A DNA stretch of 64,000 nucleotides from Flavobacteriaceae bacterium (GTDB taxonomy: Bacteria > Bacteroidota > Bacteroidia > Flavobacteriales > Flavobacteriaceae), in contig JBBKWR010000119.1 of assembly GCA_037969055.1 (NCBI GenBank), positions 577 through 64,576 on the forward strand, written 5' to 3'. This document shows, piece after piece, positions 50,778 through 62,745 of the stretch. Under the pieces are notes generated by a model that was given only the letters and a program-made list of their open reading frames with translations, was not told the DNA's origin and did no database searches. Both the position numbers and the translations under genes were made by a program. How positions within the stretch are numbered: the first letter of the stretch is position 1; every line of letters starts with the position of its first letter.

Positions 50778-50883
50778 TGGGTCAACGGTTAATAATTAGT
50801 TTCCACTTCGGTCCGATCTGTTCATAAAAGAATTAATGTATTCATGATTGAACGGGAGGCCCCTTCTAGTAGGGCAAGGTGGA

Positions 50884-52392
<1,509 letters not shown>

Positions 52393-52557
52393 CTAAGATA
52401 GGATTTAAATGTTCGATTTCAAAAGGTATCAAAGGTAGTAAACAATACGTGGGATTCGGGTTAGAACCTATAGGGTTTAACGGACAGGAATTCCTATAAA
52501 ATAAGCGGGGTGATCCTGATAAAAAATTGAATGGGAGGGGCTGGCAAAAAGTTGTGC

Positions 52558-52866
52558 TCACCTATTAAAGTCATATTCCCTTTCTACCTTGCATATTCGA
52601 ACGTTATACCATTCGTACCATTTCGCAATTCCTTTTTGTTGGGCCAACAAATGATCTGTATTTGACTTCCAATTGGCAATTGCCTCCAAACTTTCCCAAT
52701 AACTCACGGTGATGCCAACCTCATCCCTAGCAGTATCCACCCCTAAAAAACCCGGTTGTTTTTTTGCGAGGTCTTCCATTTTGTCCGCCATTATCGAATA
52801 TCCCAGATCGCCGTCGCTACGGGTTGAAGTGAAAATCACGGCGTAATATGGTTTCTTGCCTTTCAT
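52558..52866 (-). CDS. Antibiotic biosynthesis monooxygenase family protein
   Basis: YYAVIF, QPGFLG, ITVSYW. Confidence 0.85.
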   Translation of the reverse strand: MKGKKPYYAVIFTSTRSDGDLGYSIMADKMEDLAKKQPGFLGVDTARDEVGITVSYWESLEAIANWKSNTDHLLAQQKGIAKWYEWYNVRICKVEREYDFNR

Positions 52867-52925
52867 TAGAATTAATTAAGAAGTACAAAATTTTATTTGC
52901 CATTCGGGAGCCTCCCAAAATACAG

Positions 52926-53282
52926 CTATAATATATAGGCTTTGTCCAAAAAGTAGCCCACTATAGCTTCCTTCATTAAAACCGATTGCTCTCCGGCCTT
53001 TAGTGGCGGCAATTCTTCCTTGACCGTATAATGGGGCCATCCTTCCTCATCAAAATAATCAAATTCATAATACCCATAGGGTTCCAATAGGCGGCATATT
53101 GCAATGTGCATGAGGTTCAGCTTCTCATCCTTTTTATATTTTCTTTGGTATTGGCCCAGTTCCTGTACCCCCACCAAATATATGATTGCATCTAATTCTA
53201 AGGGATCTCCATCGGCGAATTGGGCAGAAAGCTTAGTTACCAATAATTCCCAACGCTCCTTCAGTTCTGTATCTCTTGCCAT
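52926..53282 (-). CDS. Conserved hypothetical protein
   Basis: GVQELG, KLNLMHIAIC, GWPHY. Confidence 0.75.
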   Translation of the reverse strand: MARDTELKERWELLVTKLSAQFADGDPLELDAIIYLVGVQELGQYQRKYKKDEKLNLMHIAICRLLEPYGYYEFDYFDEEGWPHYTVKEELPPLKAGEQSVLMKEAIVGYFLDKAYIL

Positions 53283-53379
53283 AACATTTTTTTACCCTAT
53301 TTCGTGGCCTTTACCTACGATCAATTTGGGATTTCCAAAGGTACAAATCAAAGTTCTATATTTGTCAAAACACCTTTAT

Positions 53380-53910
53380 ATGAATTTTCTGGATATCGTG
53401 TTGGGGTTATTGCTACTGTGGGGCCTGTGGAAAGGACTTAACAATGGCCTTTTTGTCGAGATTGCATCGATCATCGCCCTGATCGCTGGTATATACGGTG
53501 CTATACATTTTTCCTATATCGCAGGCAACTACCTTTCACAAAACATGAATTGGGACGAACGATATATTAGCATTACAGCTTTCGTCATTACATTTATAAT
53601 CATTGTTTTGGTCGTTCAGTTGGCAGGAAAATTCTTGACTAAGATTGCCGATTTTGCCATGTTAGGCCTAATCAATAAAATAGCTGGGGGCCTATTTGGT
53701 GCCTTAAAAGTGGCCGTGATCATAGGGGCGCTTTTGGTTTTTTTTGACCGCATCGACCGATCAAGCACCTTCATCGACGACGAGACCAAAACAGAATCAC
53801 GACTTTACGGTCCCATAAAAGATATTGGGGCGTTGGTTTTTAGCAGGGTCCTACAGGAGCAGAAAGATGTAAAAGAGCGAAGATTTAAGGTGGAAAGAGA
53901 CACGTTATAG
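53380..53910 (+). CDS. CvpA family protein
   Basis: MNFLDI, G...E, NKIAGGLFG; TATATTTG promoter at 53357-53364 supports this start. Confidence 0.88.
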   Translation: MNFLDIVLGLLLLWGLWKGLNNGLFVEIASIIALIAGIYGAIHFSYIAGNYLSQNMNWDERYISITAFVITFIIIVLVVQLAGKFLTKIADFAMLGLINKIAGGLFGALKVAVIIGALLVFFDRIDRSSTFIDDETKTESRLYGPIKDIGALVFSRVLQEQKDVKERRFKVERDTL

Positions 53911-54188
53911 TCATTTGCCAGTGAATGATGTAATATCTTGCCTACCAATTGAAAAAAAATCTAGCCCTATATTATTTAAGGACAAAAAAACTGATCGCTT
54001 CTATAATGCGGTACACGCTACTCCGTTAAAATTGCATTTCATCGAATAAAATCCATTTTTTATAGATAATCTCCATAAATTAATTATCATTACTCGTTGA
54101 GAATACCCCATTCAACGATCACGAACACGAGAACCCCAATCTTCGGTACCTACTAGCGAGAACGCCTACTTACAATTTAGAACATTGT

Positions 54189-54671
54189 ATGAAATCGAAG
54201 TTGCACTTTACCGTTTTGGTATTCCTTGTTTTGTTGGCTGCATCTTGTACTAAAGATTCGTATCAAAATACAGATTCCAACATACCGATCGCAGCAAATG
54301 CGGTTGCGGTAGAACAAGAACTACTGGGTGTTGTTAACGAACATCGCGCCTCCCTGGGATATGTAGCTCTGGAATATAGTGCCGTGGCCTATGAATATGC
54401 CAATAAGCACAATGATTACATGATTTCGAAGGGCGGTATAAGTCATGACAATTTTAGCGCGAGGGCCACGAGTATTGCTTCACAAGTAAATGCCGAAGAG
54501 ATTGCCGAAAATGTTGCCCGTGATTATGATAACGCGCAAGAGGCATTTCAGGGCTGGCTTTCAAGTGCCAACCACAAGAAAACCATGGAGGGAGATTTTA
54601 GCCATACCGCGGTAAGTGTCAAAATGGATTCCAATGGTAATTTCTACTTCACCCAATTGTTCTTCCGGTAG
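54189..54671 (+). CDS. CAP (SCP) domain lipoprotein
   Basis: VNEHR, SHD, ENVA, WLSSANH, TQLF. Confidence 0.9.
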   Translation: MKSKLHFTVLVFLVLLAASCTKDSYQNTDSNIPIAANAVAVEQELLGVVNEHRASLGYVALEYSAVAYEYANKHNDYMISKGGISHDNFSARATSIASQVNAEEIAENVARDYDNAQEAFQGWLSSANHKKTMEGDFSHTAVSVKMDSNGNFYFTQLFFR

Positions 54672-54810
54672 TATACGCTAAAGCGGTTTTCTTTTCCTAA
54701 ATTTGAGTTGCGAATTTTTTTTGAATAGGGCTAAAGGCCTCATATCGAAGCGATGTATCGTATGGCGACGATATTGTCATTAACGTTTACCCCCTTATAA
54801 GGATAATACT

Positions 54811-55350
54811 ATGGAAGTAAAGGCACCTTTCAACCTTAATAAATGGCTCGAAGAAAATCGAGATTCCCTAAAACCCCCCATTGGAAACAAGAATCTGTAC
54901 AAAGATGCAGTCGATTACATAGTGATGGTGGTGGCGGGCCCTAATGCAAGAAAAGATTATCATTATAACGAGACCGAAGAGCTTTTCTATCAACTGGAGG
55001 GCCATATCGAAATACATATTCAAATTAATGGCAAAAAGAAAACCATGAAGCTAGGCCCAGGGGACATGTACCTCCATCCGGCGAAAGTGCCCCACTCCCC
55101 CGTACGGCATGAAGGGAGCATTGGGCTCGTTATTGAACGCAAACGCGCCGGTATGAACGTAGACGACGGCTTACTATGGTTTTGTGACAATTGCAATCAC
55201 AAATTATATGAAGCCTATTTTACCTTGAACGATATCGAAAAAGATTTTTTATCCCACTTTAGCCATTTTTATGGTTCCAAGAAACTGCGTACTTGTGATA
55301 ATTGTGGTACGGTCATGCCGGTAGACAAACGCTTTGTGGCAGAAGATTGA
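54811..55350 (+). CDS. nbaC: 3-hydroxyanthranilate 3,4-dioxygenase
   Basis: LKPPIGNK, GPNARKDYH, PHSP, two CxxC. Confidence 0.95.
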   Translation: MEVKAPFNLNKWLEENRDSLKPPIGNKNLYKDAVDYIVMVVAGPNARKDYHYNETEELFYQLEGHIEIHIQINGKKKTMKLGPGDMYLHPAKVPHSPVRHEGSIGLVIERKRAGMNVDDGLLWFCDNCNHKLYEAYFTLNDIEKDFLSHFSHFYGSKKLRTCDNCGTVMPVDKRFVAED

Positions 55351-55353
55351 CTT

Positions 55354-55731
55354 ATGGACACGCTTGTTAAAATATTAATTGGTCTAGTGGTGTTACTCCA
55401 CTCCTACTTTCTCTGGTTCGAAATGTTTGCATGGACTACTAAAGGAAAAAAGGTGTTTAGCAAATTTCCGCCTGAACTCTTCGAGCCGACCAAACCCATG
55501 GCGGCCAATCAGGGTCTCTATAATGGTTTTTTGGCAGCCGGCCTACTATGGACCTATTTTATCGAAGATGCTGTTTGGAGAAACAATATCGCCCTCTTCT
55601 TTTTAGGCTGTGTTGCCGTGGCCGGAATTTATGGGGCATTGACAGTGGCAAGAAAAATATTCTTTATACAAGCGGCACCAGCCTTGATGGCAATCCTATT
55701 AATATTGATAGGCGACTTATCTTTCTCATGA
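55354..55731 (+). CDS. DUF1304 membrane protein
   Basis: NQGLYNGFLA. Confidence 0.9.
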   Translation: MDTLVKILIGLVVLLHSYFLWFEMFAWTTKGKKVFSKFPPELFEPTKPMAANQGLYNGFLAAGLLWTYFIEDAVWRNNIALFFLGCVAVAGIYGALTVARKIFFIQAAPALMAILLILIGDLSFS

Positions 55732-57266
55732 GCAATGCAAGCATTATTAAATACTTAGCGATTTTCTTCGGGGGTACCCTCTTTTCTGTTTACTTGTTTT
55801 ATTCCATTAATGAAAAGTACATCGCAAGAAATAATGCTACCGTAGAAACCGCTATCACGAAAGTAGAGTTAAAGCTTGCGCGGGAAATTGAAAAAATTAA
55901 CTTGGCGATGGAGGCTTCTGCAGTCTTTATCGCAAATAATAAAAACCTTTCGTCCGATAAATTCGCGGATATCACCTCCCCCTTCGTGGAAGATCTCTAC
56001 GGTATCATGAAACTTGGATGGGCCCCAAAATCTATAACCGACCCAGCGCAAAGTGGGCGCTTTGGAACATTTATGATTGCGTTTACAAATCCGTCCGATA
56101 CCAGTGGTATCATTGGTCAAAACTTAGCCGAATTGATCATGGATTCTGGGATAGAAAACACCTTGGGCTCTAAGAAAATATCATACTCGATGCCTTTGGA
56201 CTTTTCGAAAAGAGGTCCGGAATTTCGTGGATTTATTTCGATGATGTTGGTAGTCGATACGCTGGGAAGAAATCAGAAAGGTATTGTTTTCGGTGAATTT
56301 CAGATGCGGGAACTTATTGAAAGGACGTTGGATTTTGAACTGCCCATATTGGATATTCTTATTTTAGATGACGCGGATAGCATCGTCCCTTTATATAGTA
56401 GTTTCCCATTTTCCAATGATTTGCCGTTAAACTATTCGGAAAAATTAAATGTAAATGCCGCCAACAGATTGTGGCAGATCCAAGTCTATCCTAAAATTCG
56501 ATATACCAAATATCCGAATGCATTGGAGTCCTATTTTGTACTATTACTTGGGGTTTTGTCGACGTTATTGTTGATTATGGTCGTAAGGCAAAAAGACCAA
56601 TATGGCTTTGACCTACTGAATGAAGTTCGCCAACGTACTTACGAACTCGAAGAATCCAATAAATTAAAAGAAAATTTATTGCGAGAAATTCACCATAGGG
56701 TTAAGAACAATTTACAAATAACCTCAAGCCTCATCAACCTACAAAAAAGGAAACTAACTGATAAGGAGACCATACAGGCATTGGAAAGTAGCCAGGGAAG
56801 GATTTCGGCCATTGCATTAATACACCAAAAAATATATCAAGATGTAAGTGCCAAGGCGGTTGATCTTAAAGGGTATTTGGTGGATTTAATAAATTCACAT
56901 AAAAATATTTCACCTTCGGTAAAATATGAAATAAAATGCCCTGAAATATCAATAGACTTGGACACCGCCGTTCCGATCGCCCTTATTACTTCCGAATTGG
57001 TGATCAATGCTTTCAAACATGCTTTTAATGAAGTGACGGCAGAACCAAAATTGAATTTGTTGGTACAAAACCTAGAAGATGATTTTATCAGTTTAACCAT
57101 CTCAGATAATGGAAAAGGAATTCCTCCTAATTTAGAAATTAGCCAAAGTACTGGTCTAGGATTTGAGATCATCCAAAAGCTATGCAGGCAGATAAATGCA
57201 AAATTTTCATATACCTCTGATGGATCCGGAACCCACTTCAATTTAATTTTCCAACAAAAGGGCTAA
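55728..57266 (+). CDS. Membrane sensor histidine kinase (CHASE-like sensor, HisKA_2 type)
   Basis: Two TM helices, EIHHRVKNNLQ, ELVINAFKHA, DNGKG, GLG. Confidence 0.9.
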   Translation: MSNASIIKYLAIFFGGTLFSVYLFYSINEKYIARNNATVETAITKVELKLAREIEKINLAMEASAVFIANNKNLSSDKFADITSPFVEDLYGIMKLGWAPKSITDPAQSGRFGTFMIAFTNPSDTSGIIGQNLAELIMDSGIENTLGSKKISYSMPLDFSKRGPEFRGFISMMLVVDTLGRNQKGIVFGEFQMRELIERTLDFELPILDILILDDADSIVPLYSSFPFSNDLPLNYSEKLNVNAANRLWQIQVYPKIRYTKYPNALESYFVLLLGVLSTLLLIMVVRQKDQYGFDLLNEVRQRTYELEESNKLKENLLREIHHRVKNNLQITSSLINLQKRKLTDKETIQALESSQGRISAIALIHQKIYQDVSAKAVDLKGYLVDLINSHKNISPSVKYEIKCPEISIDLDTAVPIALITSELVINAFKHAFNEVTAEPKLNLLVQNLEDDFISLTISDNGKGIPPNLEISQSTGLGFEIIQKLCRQINAKFSYTSDGSGTHFNLIFQQKG

Positions 57267-57394
57267 GCGGATTGTCTCACTCAAAGCTTTGATTGTTAAT
57301 ATCCTTTTAAGGATAGTTTAAGGTCTCTATTAATTCGTAGCTTTGCCATCCTAAAAGTTATCGATACTAACAAAATATTCAAAAAAAGTTATAA

Positions 57395-58948
57395 ATGTCA
57401 AAAGTTGCATCCACCTTCGGAATTGATAAAGCTCTAAAAGCCCTGGGAATTCAGGATATAAATCTAGGAACCTCGACGGGCTCCAATAATTTTTCCACGG
57501 GTGAAATATTGGAATCATACTCGCCAGTCGACGGCGCATTGATAGGCAAGGTAATGACCACCTCAAAGGCCGATTACGAAAAAGTAATGACCGCCGCAAC
57601 GGAGGCGTTCATGACTTGGCGTACGAAACCGGCGCCCCAAAGAGGTGAGATTGTACGACAGCTTGGGGATAAGTTAAGGGAATTGAAGGAGCCGCTCGGG
57701 AAATTGGTCTCCTATGAAATGGGCAAAAGCTACCAAGAAGGTTTGGGCGAGGTACAAGAAATGATCGATATCTGTGATTTTGCGGTAGGACTATCCAGAC
57801 AACTTCATGGATTAACCATGCACTCAGAAAGGCCAGGTCATAGGATGTACGAGCAGTATCATCCCCTTGGGGTCGTGGGTATTATCTCTGCATTTAATTT
57901 TCCAGTGGCCGTTTGGGCATGGAACACGGCCTTGGCGTGGATCTGTGGAGACGTATGTGTCTGGAAGCCCTCTGAAAAAACTCCCTTGTGCGGAATCGCC
58001 TGTCAAAATATTGCAGCAGCAGTTTTTAAGGCGAACGGATTGCCAGAAGGCATTTCTTGTTTGATCAACGGCGATTATAAGGTTGGGGAAATGATGACCC
58101 AAGATGCTCGTGTGCCTTTGGTTTCTGCCACTGGTTCTATACGAATGGGTAAAATAGTGGCTCAGGCGGTCGCGGCAAGATTGGGCAAATCCCTATTGGA
58201 ACTTGGCGGCAACAACGCCATTATCGTAACCCCGGATGCTGATATCAAAATGACCGTGATCGGTGCCGTTTTTGGCGCGGTAGGTACTGCCGGACAACGT
58301 TGCACGTCCACTAGGAGGTTGATCATCCATGATTCGATCTATGACAAGGTAAAGAATGCCGTGGTCGATGCCTACAAACAATTGCGTATCGGTAATCCGT
58401 TGGATGAGAAAAACCACGTGGGCCCGCTCATAGACGTAATGGCGGTTGAAATGTATGATAAAGCGCTTAAAAAGGTAGTTGCAGAGGGCGGAAAATTAAT
58501 CGTAGAAGGGGGAGTTCTAAAGGGAGATGGATATGAAAGTGCTTGTTATGTGAAACCTGCAATAGCGGAAGCCAAACCCAATTTTGAAATCGTACAGCAC
58601 GAAACCTTCGCACCTGTATTATACCTGCTGAAATATTCAGGGGAAGTGGAAAATGCCATTGCCATTCAAAACGGAGTGGTACAAGGACTTTCTTCCGCCA
58701 TAATGACCAATAGCCTTCGGGAAGCCGAACGATTTTTATCTGTAGGAGGAAGTGACTGTGGTATAGCCAACGTAAACATAGGTACCTCTGGTGCCGAGAT
58801 CGGTGGAGCCTTTGGGGGCGAAAAAGAAACCGGGGGCGGTCGCGAATCGGGTTCGGATGCTTGGAAGGTGTATATGCGCAGGCAGACCAATACCATTAAC
58901 TACACCACGGAATTGCCCTTGGCGCAGGGAATCAAATTCGACTTATAG
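57395..58948 (+). CDS. Aldehyde dehydrogenase (ALDH7/AmaB-like)
   Basis: SAFNFP, LELGGNN, GQRCT, GAEIGGAFGGEK. Confidence 0.92.
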   Translation: MSKVASTFGIDKALKALGIQDINLGTSTGSNNFSTGEILESYSPVDGALIGKVMTTSKADYEKVMTAATEAFMTWRTKPAPQRGEIVRQLGDKLRELKEPLGKLVSYEMGKSYQEGLGEVQEMIDICDFAVGLSRQLHGLTMHSERPGHRMYEQYHPLGVVGIISAFNFPVAVWAWNTALAWICGDVCVWKPSEKTPLCGIACQNIAAAVFKANGLPEGISCLINGDYKVGEMMTQDARVPLVSATGSIRMGKIVAQAVAARLGKSLLELGGNNAIIVTPDADIKMTVIGAVFGAVGTAGQRCTSTRRLIIHDSIYDKVKNAVVDAYKQLRIGNPLDEKNHVGPLIDVMAVEMYDKALKKVVAEGGKLIVEGGVLKGDGYESACYVKPAIAEAKPNFEIVQHETFAPVLYLLKYSGEVENAIAIQNGVVQGLSSAIMTNSLREAERFLSVGGSDCGIANVNIGTSGAEIGGAFGGEKETGGGRESGSDAWKVYMRRQTNTINYTTELPLAQGIKFDL

Positions 58949-59018
58949 AAAGAAATGTTTATGAAAATCGCTTACTGGGCGTCAGTGCCCAATACATTCC
59001 TAAAGTGAAAATACTAAA

Positions 59019-59092
59019 CAAAAAAATCCCGCTACCTTTCAAGTATCATACCCGTTCCCCCGATCGGTAGATATTGTAAAACAGCGGGATTA
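59019..59092 (-). terminator. Long structured terminator
   Basis: ATCCCGCT...AGCGGGA followed by T7, enclosing further stems. Confidence 0.65.
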
Positions 59093-59160
59093 ACCAACTA
59101 AACTAACTCAAACACTTTTGTTAAAGGTATCTCCCAAAATTGAATTCGGGACCTTTTAAT

Positions 59161-59289
59161 TTATGCCCTTGAACTTGAGCGATCCGATTTTGTATCCCTT
59201 ACACTCCAGCTACCATGCAGTAGCGCCTGGGTTCCCAAAACGATGACCATAAAGGCAAAAGTCAATATTTTTACAATTTCATCTTTCAT
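59161..59289 (-). CDS. Putative 42-aa membrane peptide MKDEIVKILTFAFMVIVLGTQALLHGSWSVRDTKSDRSSSRA
   Basis: Translated by hand; one TM stretch; direct repeats upstream and a terminator downstream. Confidence 0.5.
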   Translation of the reverse strand: MKDEIVKILTFAFMVIVLGTQALLHGSWSVRDTKSDRSSSRA

Positions 59290-59352
59290 CTTTCAATGTT
59301 CTAAATTGACTCCATAAATGTAACTAAAGTCTGACTTTCAACTTAATACAAT

Positions 59353-59384
59353 TGTATAATTGGTAGTTTTTTATGTATAATTGG
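59353..59384. promoter_or_regulatory. Direct repeat TGTATAATTGG x2 with 21-bp period (LytTR-like operator)
   Basis: Exact 11-mers at 59353 and 59374; similar pair at 59673 and 59694. Confidence 0.55.
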
Positions 59385-59855
59385 CAGACTTCCAATACAA
59401 ATATGCCTTATTCAAATGCTGGGGTTCGAATTCCATTTCGCTTTTAGCTCACCTGCAACGCCTTAAAGTAGTCATTTCTAGTCACTTTTACCCCACATAG
59501 CGCAAAAATCTTTTTAGCGCTAGAAAGTAATATATTTCCAGTTATTGTGTACCCAAGAATTCAAAATTGGATATGAAAAGCCCCATCACAATGCCGGAAC
59601 TTGGTCGGGAGTGATGGGGCTCGCTAATTTTTATACGAAATTATCCCATTTATGGTTCGTTGTAAGAAGATTTTGTATGAATGGTCCTGTAAATTGTATG
59701 GATGGATTTTTAGACAGCCCATCATTTTCCAATAAAACGCCCATCAGCCATTTCTATCTTACCTGTTTGATTATCAACATTTAATAGTCATATATTTAAT
59801 ATTTTAAGCTTTTTTTTAATACATTGGCAGCTATAATGCTAAAATAGTAGTCAAT

Positions 59856-60305
59856 ATGACAAAAAAAACCACCAATCTGCTCGGTATCATCATTGCCATC
59901 CTAGCGGGCACTTTCTTCTACTTGAAACTATGCAGTTCATGCGGCGTCCCATTGTTGGAAGATCCCGATAAGGAAGTGGAGGTTGTTCCAACAACGTCCC
60001 AACCCACTTTGTACTCCTTGGCATTTAGTTTTGGTGATCATAGGTACAGCGCAAACGACAATTACAACTTTAATGAGTCTTCGCCCTCTATTTTAATACC
60101 AATTACACAGAAAGTATTAGATGGCATTGCCAGTTTAAGTGCTTTTTTGTTAGAAAATAAAGGTAACGTAATCAACACTTCAGGAGAAATGACGCGGAGA
60201 ATGGTTCCTAAAGAAAATGTATATCCAGGCACTTTAGCGTACGTCATAGCTGCACGCACAAAGCATCCCAATAACAACACCACACTGGTATCATTAAATA
60301 GATAA
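59856..60305 (+). CDS. Membrane-anchored hypothetical protein, possibly a shortened OmpA-family gene
   Basis: N-terminal TM helix then CSSC; no complete OmpA motif. Confidence 0.5.
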   Translation: MTKKTTNLLGIIIAILAGTFFYLKLCSSCGVPLLEDPDKEVEVVPTTSQPTLYSLAFSFGDHRYSANDNYNFNESSPSILIPITQKVLDGIASLSAFLLENKGNVINTSGEMTRRMVPKENVYPGTLAYVIAARTKHPNNNTTLVSLNR

Positions 60306-60325
60306 TTAACCCTAAATTATAAAAT

Positions 60326-60880
60326 ATGGATTTTGAAAATATGAATATTTGGTGCTGGTTGATACCTGCGCTAATTGGAATTATCTGCGCAATATTTGGA
60401 TACCTGCTTGGTAAAGGAGGAAGTAAGTCGGTTGACAACGCTGCTGATCTTAAGTTATTGAAAGATAAGAATGCAAAGCTACAGGCAGACCTTGATGCTT
60501 GCAATAACAAATTGACATCGAAAGCATCCACCCCAACAGTGACTCCAGCCTCTATTAAGAGTCCTAATGTCGCCTCCCACCCATTTAATGCAGGTGCCGC
60601 AAAAGCAGCGCTTGGCAAGTCCGTTAAACAAGATGATTTGAAGGTCGTTGAGGGAATTGGTCCAAAAATAGAACAGATGTTCCGTGCTTCCGGTATCACT
60701 ACTTGGAAGTCTTTATCCGAAACTCCAGTTGCCAAATGTCAGGAAATTTTAGATGGTGGGGGTGATCGTTACAAGGTCCACCAACCCGGATCTTGGCCCA
60801 TGCAAGCGAAAATGGCTTATGAAGGAAAATGGGCTGAATTGGCCAAGTGGCAAGACGAACACGATTACGGTAAATTATAA
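60326..60880 (+). CDS. Membrane-anchored helix-hairpin-helix (DUF4332-like) protein
   Basis: TM helix, coiled coil, DDLKVVEGIGPKIE, WPMQA. Confidence 0.8.
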   Translation: MDFENMNIWCWLIPALIGIICAIFGYLLGKGGSKSVDNAADLKLLKDKNAKLQADLDACNNKLTSKASTPTVTPASIKSPNVASHPFNAGAAKAALGKSVKQDDLKVVEGIGPKIEQMFRASGITTWKSLSETPVAKCQEILDGGGDRYKVHQPGSWPMQAKMAYEGKWAELAKWQDEHDYGKL

Positions 60881-60898
60881 TCAAAAGTACCAAGTAAC

Positions 60899-60934
60899 AA
60901 ACCCGGTGGTACCATGCACACCGGGTTTTTATTT
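60899..60934 (+). terminator. Intrinsic terminator between convergent genes
   Basis: AAACCCGGTG...CACCGGGTTTTT. Confidence 0.8.
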
Positions 60935-60962
60935 TCAAAAGCCAATATTCGCGGGGTTGACT

Positions 60963-61958
60963 TTAAACCATTCCGTTTGCCTCTACCCATTTAAAACGAT
61001 ACTGGTCTTCTGGAAATTTCATTCTGGTGGCGATTCGCTCCAATCGATCTGGCAAGGCCATAAGATAATCCCTTGCTTTTTCTGCTTCATCGTTGATGGC
61101 CCGAATGCCACCTATTTGCCAATGGGCATTCAACTTTCTCAAGATGTCTATATAGTCAAGGGCAGTGTAGACGCCTAACCGTTGTGCGCAATTCGAAAAA
61201 TTTTCAAAAGCGGCACCAATGCTGCCACCCGATTCCCTTAAGAAATGGGCGGGCATCACGATTTTTTTTCGCATCATATCGGCAAAGGCCAGCATCATTC
61301 CGCTTGGATCTTCCTCAAAAATAGTTTTCACAAATTCCCGATATGCCAAATGATGTCGCATTTCATCCCCCGCAATAATGGTACACATTTTTCCCAAAAG
61401 TTGGTTTCCTTGCTTTTTTGCCATCTGGCCTACCCTTTTGTGTGAAATGTTCGTGGCCAATTCCTGAAATGAGGTATAGACAAAGTTTTTATACGGATCA
61501 CGGTCTGTGCCGATATCAAATCCATCGGCTATTAAGTGTTGGGTGGTAATTTCAACTTCTTTCATATTTACCCTTCCCGAAAGATATAGGTACTTGTTCA
61601 AAACATCTCCATGTCGGTTTTCCTCCGCGGTCCATGCCCTTACCCATTTCGACCAACCATTCTTATTTTCGCCATGCTGGTTTATGCCCTCCACATCCAT
61701 CAACCAAGATTCATAAGTAGGGAGCGCTTCCTCGGTGATCGTATCGGCCACCATGGTTACCCAGAAATCATACCCTAATTCTTTTGATTCCCCGCGCAGG
61801 ACTTCAACCTCATCAAGGAAGCCATCTCGTTGGGAATCTGGTAGAAAATCACTCGGTTGCCAAATTTCCTCAATGGGTATCAAGTAGTTTTCCATAAAAC
61901 CATTGACACGGGGCTCAATGGCCTGCATCACTTCTAACCTTATGTTTTTAGCGGACAT
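60963..61958 (-). CDS. Acyl-ACP desaturase
   Basis: TEEALPTY, WTAEENRHG, DEMRH di-iron motifs. Confidence 0.93.
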   Translation of the reverse strand: MSAKNIRLEVMQAIEPRVNGFMENYLIPIEEIWQPSDFLPDSQRDGFLDEVEVLRGESKELGYDFWVTMVADTITEEALPTYESWLMDVEGINQHGENKNGWSKWVRAWTAEENRHGDVLNKYLYLSGRVNMKEVEITTQHLIADGFDIGTDRDPYKNFVYTSFQELATNISHKRVGQMAKKQGNQLLGKMCTIIAGDEMRHHLAYREFVKTIFEEDPSGMMLAFADMMRKKIVMPAHFLRESGGSIGAAFENFSNCAQRLGVYTALDYIDILRKLNAHWQIGGIRAINDEAEKARDYLMALPDRLERIATRMKFPEDQYRFKWVEANGMV

Positions 61959-62019
61959 TGCTTCTTTTTTACAAAGTTCGTTAATAAAATGAACAAAATA
62001 TAGTGATTTGCGCTGTTTT

Positions 62020-62745
62020 TCAATTACGCCCTTTCTCTCCCGGATAGAATTCATGTACCGGGTCACTTTGCCACACTTCCTTGGTATCTACGTCCATTAT
62101 GGAAAGTGGCCCTTTAAAAGCTGCGCCCGTATCAATATTCCACACATTGGCAGCTTTTACGGGCAATGTTTTTCCAATGCGGGTGACCGGGGTATGGCCT
62201 ATGTAAATTTCATTATAATGGGTCAATCTTTTGGGATACCACGGATCATTTATGGATAGTTTGGGATTCAATGAAAGCGATAATTCCCACAACGTTCTGT
62301 CCCAATATAGTGTTTTTGTAAAATATTCAAAAGCAACACCTTTCAAATTGGTAAAGCCCGCGTGCAAGAACATTCGATTGCCACTATCCAAGTGATAATT
62401 TATCAAATTTTCATAAAACCTGAGGTGCCTGTCTATGGTAAGCCCATCCACATTTTTATAGGATGCCGTGGTGGCACTTCCCCCATGCTGTAGCCAGAGG
62501 GGATTATCTTTCCCTTCGGTCAGCCATTCATAACATAAATCATCATGGTTTCCACGAAGAAATATGCAGCTGTGCGTGTCCTGAAGTTCCAGGAGAAAAT
62601 TTACCGTTTCAACGGCCTGGCTCCAACCGTCCACATAATCCCCTAGAAAAATTAGCTTGTCAGTCGAGGAAACTGCTGCCCTTGCCATTACCTGTTCCAA
62701 GGCCTTTAGGCCAGCATGAATATCCCCAATGACCAAATTTCTCAT
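62020..62745 (-). CDS. Metallophosphoesterase (Ser/Thr phosphatase-like)
   Basis: GDIH, GDYVD, RGNH, GHTP, IDTG. Confidence 0.92.
   Translation of the reverse strand: MRNLVIGDIHAGLKALEQVMARAAVSSTDKLIFLGDYVDGWSQAVETVNFLLELQDTHSCIFLRGNHDDLCYEWLTEGKDNPLWLQHGGSATTASYKNVDGLTIDRHLRFYENLINYHLDSGNRMFLHAGFTNLKGVAFEYFTKTLYWDRTLWELSLSLNPKLSINDPWYPKRLTHYNEIYIGHTPVTRIGKTLPVKAANVWNIDTGAAFKGPLSIMDVDTKEVWQSDPVHEFYPGEKGRN

Noticed and set aside
53104-53379. Long N-terminal extensions in the ORF track (CvpA here; also the kinase from 55548, YheT from 38970 and the desaturase from 62066)
   Set aside because: They overlap neighbouring genes or promoters; downstream ATGs fit the families better.
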